Shown one piece after another: positions 60,051 to 64,000 of a stretch of DNA of 64,000 nt. Position 1 is the first letter of the stretch, and each line of letters begins with the position of its first letter. The translations under genes were made by a program, and so were the position numbers. The notes under the pieces are model-generated. The model did not search any database and had not been told where the DNA came from. It saw only the letters and a list, made by a program, of their open reading frames with translations. Source of the stretch: a marine bacterium AO1-C (GTDB lineage Bacteria; Bacteroidota; Bacteroidia; Cytophagales; Microscillaceae); assembly GCA_001890965.1 (NCBI GenBank), contig MLAY01000008.1:552341-616340 (forward strand). The letters run 5' to 3'.

Positions 60051-61127
60051 TCAATCCACCACTCGCTTCTTAAGCACGCGGTTCAAATCTAAATACAAAG
60101 AAAGGAAGTTGCGCCCACCCGCGGCGTGGTAGCTGGCACGAGAGAAAGCAAATTCCTGGCCTTTGATTCTAATGCGAAAACCATAAGAAAAGCCATTAAA
60201 ACGAGAAGCGCCTTCTTCTCGTAATTCTCTATTAATCAAATGATTGTACCCTAAGCGAATACTAAAGGCCTTTTCAGGCATCAGTTCTCCCCCAATTACA
60301 AAGTGGCGTAACAAGTTATCTCCAAAGTTTTTTTCACGAGGTACAGTATTGCCGTTGGCATCAAAAGTTACATCTTGCAAGGGATCAAGGTAGGTAATGT
60401 CAAACTGCTGCATTTGCTGAAAAGTAAGCGAGAAGCGGAAAGGCATGTATTTGGGTTTAAAAGAAGTTCCCAATTGTACCTCAAAAGGCAAACGACTCTG
60501 GGTAAAATCGTTGTAATCGCTCAATACTACCCCTATATTCTTAAATACCAACCCAATGGTCCAATCATACTTGGGATGAACAAATGCCCCACCAATATCT
60601 ACCGCCAAAGCCGAAGAATTATAGGTTTCTATTTGTGATCCAATAAACTTCAGATTGATACCCATCCGAAAATACTTGATTTTATGGGCATAAGACACCG
60701 TAAAAGCAAAATCGTTGGCCACAAAAGTACCCAACACTTGTCCACTGGCATCAGTTTCCTCAAAGCTTCCATAAGCCATATAGTTGAGACCAGCCCCAAA
60801 GGTGCCTATTTTGGGCACATCATGCACATAAGACAAGTGGGTGTTTTTGATATCGGCAAAATAAGGGGTGTAATTAAAAGCAAACTTACGAGAACTTGCC
60901 GAATCTATCAGTGCCGGGTTTTGCCACAATACATTCGGATCGCCTTGGTGCAATGATACATTTACTCTACCAATCCCCGCCAAGCGAGCGTTGCCAGGTA
61001 CTTGCAAAAACTCAAAGTTGCGTCGTCCGCCAATTTGGGCCTGGGTACTACACGTAAAGAATACGCCTAGTACCCACACCACTATTTTATAAAAACTTTG
61101 ATTAGATTTGATATGTATCAATTGCAT
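60051..61127 (-). CDS. Type IX secretion system outer-membrane protein, PorQ family
   Basis: Signal peptide then GGRRNFEFLQVPGNARLAGIGRVNVS, matching the PorQ N-terminal signature (..FLNLP.SAR..ALGG.). ~340-aa beta-barrel-like remainder. Confidence 0.6.
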   Translation of the reverse strand: MQLIHIKSNQSFYKIVVWVLGVFFTCSTQAQIGGRRNFEFLQVPGNARLAGIGRVNVSLHQGDPNVLWQNPALIDSASSRKFAFNYTPYFADIKNTHLSYVHDVPKIGTFGAGLNYMAYGSFEETDASGQVLGTFVANDFAFTVSYAHKIKYFRMGINLKFIGSQIETYNSSALAVDIGGAFVHPKYDWTIGLVFKNIGVVLSDYNDFTQSRLPFEVQLGTSFKPKYMPFRFSLTFQQMQQFDITYLDPLQDVTFDANGNTVPREKNFGDNLLRHFVIGGELMPEKAFSIRLGYNHLINRELREEGASRFNGFSYGFRIRIKGQEFAFSRASYHAAGGRNFLSLYLDLNRVLKKRVVD

Positions 61128-61134
61128 ATAAGTC

Positions 61135-63621
61135 TTAATCTTTCTTCTCTTCTCTAATAGATAGATCGATCTGACGTTTTACTTTTTCGGGCAACAGGGC
61201 TGCTTCCAATACCTGATCTACATGATTTACAAAATGGAAAGTCAAATCCTCAATGTAGCTGCTATTAATCTCATCTACATCTTTGCGGTTCTTTTCACAC
61301 AAAATCACTTCTCGAATACCCGCTCGTTTTGCTGCCAATATTTTCTCTTTGATACCTCCCACGGGTAGCACTCGCCCTCTTAGGGTAATTTCACCCGTCA
61401 TCGCCAACTTTTCTTTTACCTTACGTTGGGTAAATACTGAGGCTAAAGAAGTAAACATTGCGATCCCTGCTGATGGCCCATCTTTGGGTACTGCTCCTGC
61501 TGGTACGTGTACGTGCAAATCAAATTGATCAAACACCCGATGGTCAATGTCCAACTGATCAGCGGTCGCCTTCAAATATGATAAAGCTGCAGAAGCCGAT
61601 TCCTTCATCACATCGCCTAGCTGTCCAGATAAGGTTAGCTTACCTTTACCCCTACTCAAAATAGATTCTATATATAAAATCTCTCCACCTACCTGGGTCC
61701 AGGCCAGTCCGGTTACCACTCCTGAAATGTCTTCTGTTTGATATTCTTCTTTGTCAAAAAGCTCAATACCTAACAAACGGTTCACATCTTTGGGTTGTAT
61801 AGTTTTACCGTACTTCTCTTCCATCGCCACCGATTTGGCAATTTTACGCACTACCTTCCCAATTTGGCGTTCGAGATTTCTCACCCCCGATTCGCGGGTA
61901 TAGTTTTCTATAATTTTATGAATAGCCGTTGGCTGAAATTTGATCTCCTTGGCAGACAAGCCATGTTCTTTGCGTTGTTTAGGGATCAAATGCTTCTTGG
62001 CAATTTGTACTTTTTCTTCTTCGGTATACCCAGTAATCTCAATGATTTCCATCCGATCGCGTAATGCAGGATGAATCGTTTCCAGCGAGTTTGCTGTGGC
62101 AATAAACAATACCTTTGATAGGTCATAGGGTAGCTCCAAATAGTTATCAGCAAAAGTGTTATTTTGCTCAGGATCAAGCACTTCTAAAAGCGCAGAGGCT
62201 GGATCGCCTCGAAAATCCGAAGATACCTTATCTATTTCATCCAATATAACTACTGGATTTGACGAGCCTGCTTTCTTGATATTTTGGATGATTTTACCTG
62301 GCATCGCTCCAATATAGGTTTTACGATGACCTCGTATCTCGGCTTCGTCGTGCAAACCACCCAACGACATACGAATGTATTTACGATTAAGCGATTTGGC
62401 AATAGAGCGTCCCAAGGAGGTTTTACCTACCCCAGGAGGGCCATAAAAACATAAAATCGGCCCACGCATATTGTTTTTGAGCTTCAGCACTGCCAAATAT
62501 TCAATAATACGCTCTTTTACTTTTTCTAACCCATGGTGGTCACTATCTAGTATCTTCTGGGCTTTGGCCAAATCCAACGAATCTCGAGTTACCTCGTTCC
62601 AGGGCAAATCTACCAACAATTCTGCATAATTTACCGCAATAGGGTATTCTGCCGAGGCAGGATTCATTCTGGATATTTTGCCTAATTCTTTTTCAAATTG
62701 CTTGGCTACATCTATTGGCCATTTTTTCTTCTTGGCCCGCATCTTAAGCGCATCCAGCTCTTGATCGCCCGTTTCGCTGCCTAGCTCATCCTGCAACACC
62801 TTCATTTGCTGTCGCAAAAAATAATCACGCTGCTGTTGATCAATATCTGAGTGGACTTTGCTTTGAATTTCACGCTTAAGTTCCAACAACTGGATATCCT
62901 TATGCATAAACTCCAGCAACATTGTAGCACGTTTTAAGCCATCGTTGGTTTCCAACAAGCGTTGCTTTTCCCCTGCATCTGCATTGATGTTAGATGATAA
63001 AAAGTGGGTCAAAAAACTCGCACTCTCTATATTATCTAGAGCAATTTGGGCTTCCTGAGGAATCTCTGGATTCAGTTTTAAAATTTTGGTAGCAGCTTCC
63101 TTAAGCGATGAAATCAATGCCTTGGTTTCGCGCTCGTCCTGAGAAGGGAAAGTTTCGCTTACAGTTTCGATACGTGCCTTAATAAAAGGCGTATCTTCGG
63201 TAAACGCCAAAACATTGAAGCGCTTCTTACCTTGTAAAATGATGGTCGTATTACCATCTGGTAATACCAGCATTTTTAGAATATGGGCCATCGTGCCCAT
63301 TCTATAGAGATCATCAGAGGTAGGATCTTCAATATCTGGGTTATCCTGAGCAATAACTCCAATTGTTTTATCACTATTGTAAGCCTTTTTTACAAGCTTG
63401 ATGGATTTTTGCCGTCCTACAGTTACCGGAATCACTACTCCTGGAAATAGCACGGTGTTTTTTAAAGGTAAGATGGGTAGATCGTCTATTACGACATCCT
63501 CGGTATTCAAATCTTCTTCCTCTTCTTCCATCGAGAGTAGAGGGATCATTTCCACGGTATTTTCATCCGAAGATTCAGAAAGCATCATTTCTATATAGGA
63601 AAAATCAATGTTTTGACTCAT
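61135..63621 (-). CDS. lon: ATP-dependent Lon protease (endopeptidase La)
   Basis: Lon N-domain LPILPLKNTVLFPGVVIPVTV. Walker A GPPGVGKTSLGRSIA. Protease active-site region PKDGPSAGIAMFTSLAS. ATG at 63621 (MSQNIDF) is preferred over the upstream non-ATG start at 63660. Confidence 0.9.
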   Translation of the reverse strand: MSQNIDFSYIEMMLSESSDENTVEMIPLLSMEEEEEDLNTEDVVIDDLPILPLKNTVLFPGVVIPVTVGRQKSIKLVKKAYNSDKTIGVIAQDNPDIEDPTSDDLYRMGTMAHILKMLVLPDGNTTIILQGKKRFNVLAFTEDTPFIKARIETVSETFPSQDERETKALISSLKEAATKILKLNPEIPQEAQIALDNIESASFLTHFLSSNINADAGEKQRLLETNDGLKRATMLLEFMHKDIQLLELKREIQSKVHSDIDQQQRDYFLRQQMKVLQDELGSETGDQELDALKMRAKKKKWPIDVAKQFEKELGKISRMNPASAEYPIAVNYAELLVDLPWNEVTRDSLDLAKAQKILDSDHHGLEKVKERIIEYLAVLKLKNNMRGPILCFYGPPGVGKTSLGRSIAKSLNRKYIRMSLGGLHDEAEIRGHRKTYIGAMPGKIIQNIKKAGSSNPVVILDEIDKVSSDFRGDPASALLEVLDPEQNNTFADNYLELPYDLSKVLFIATANSLETIHPALRDRMEIIEITGYTEEEKVQIAKKHLIPKQRKEHGLSAKEIKFQPTAIHKIIENYTRESGVRNLERQIGKVVRKIAKSVAMEEKYGKTIQPKDVNRLLGIELFDKEEYQTEDISGVVTGLAWTQVGGEILYIESILSRGKGKLTLSGQLGDVMKESASAALSYLKATADQLDIDHRVFDQFDLHVHVPAGAVPKDGPSAGIAMFTSLASVFTQRKVKEKLAMTGEITLRGRVLPVGGIKEKILAAKRAGIREVILCEKNRKDVDEINSSYIEDLTFHFVNHVDQVLEAALLPEKVKRQIDLSIREEKKD

Positions 63622-63657
63622 AGAGTAATTTTGATCAAAGGTTCGTCCAACTTGGCA

Positions 63658-63665
63658 CAAATTTA
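63658..63665 (-). promoter_or_regulatory. Candidate Bacteroidota -7 promoter element TAAATTTG (TAnnTTTG consensus) upstream of lon
   Basis: Reverse complement of caaattta at 63658-63665, about 37 nt upstream of the lon ATG. A match to the known Bacteroidetes sigma-A -7 consensus. Confidence 0.3.
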
Positions 63666-64000
63666 GTAATATTAAAGGGATAGCTTGGTTTTATTTGTAT
63701 TATATTTGCATTACACAAGGCTTATACCAAGTTCATGACTAGGACCATTTGACAGGCAAACGTATACTTTCGTATAAAACACAATAATTTAACAGCTGTT
63801 TGTATATAAACAAACTATAATTTACGTTCAGAATAAATCAGGTATTAACGTCTTTAAGTTAATTACATTCTTTTGTTTGATGAAAGCATACTCCTACATA
63901 TTTTGCCTTTCGGCAATACTTCTTTTCACTCCTTTTTTGACACTTGCCCAACCTCCAGGGCAACGCATGGTTAGAGTAGGCAACCAAGACACTTTGTCAT

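Noticed and set aside
1-64000. CRISPR arrays, rRNA and tRNA genes
   Set aside because: No regularly spaced short direct repeats and no tRNA-like cloverleaf or rRNA-like conserved stretches were recognised by eye. Absence of small RNAs cannot be proven without a covariance-model scan.

Overview
The window looks like a Bacteroidota chromosomal segment: AT-rich, with GLPGLI-family proteins, type IX secretion components (PorP/SprF, PorQ, a type-B C-terminal-domain adhesin) and no strong Shine-Dalgarno sequences. It mixes housekeeping genes with accessory modules. The housekeeping genes are a class IV aminotransferase, apolipoprotein N-acyltransferase (Lnt), inositol monophosphatase, thymidine kinase, Lon protease and RNA 2'-phosphotransferase (KptA). 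No rRNA, tRNA, CRISPR array, transposase or integrase was recognised.

The most notable system is a compact, probably single-operon class I lanthipeptide gene cluster on the minus strand (about 27.5-37.5 kb). It contains a 74-aa double-glycine precursor with a Cys/Ser/Thr-rich core, LanC, an unsplit LanB and a C39-peptidase ABC exporter. It also contains an uncharacterised secreted protein and two paralogous small helix-turn-helix (HTH) proteins that bracket the biosynthetic genes.

Other modules worth a second look:
- a DUF4157 (toxin/effector-type zincin-like) protein whose stop codon overlaps the start of a secreted tandem HEAT-like repeat protein;
- a PP2C_2 phosphatase followed by an atypical Ser/Thr-kinase-like protein (a TerY-P-like dyad with no vWA partner in view);
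- a PON/arylesterase-family lactonase-like gene;
- four tandem thioredoxin-family paralogs, three of which carry their own copy of a terminator hairpin;
- a two-gene cassette (GLPGLI protein plus CarbD_reg/beta-barrel outer membrane protein) present as two direct-repeat copies about 36 kb apart, bracketing the whole accessory region;
- several ORF-free intergenic stretches of 0.6-0.8 kb with strong hairpins.
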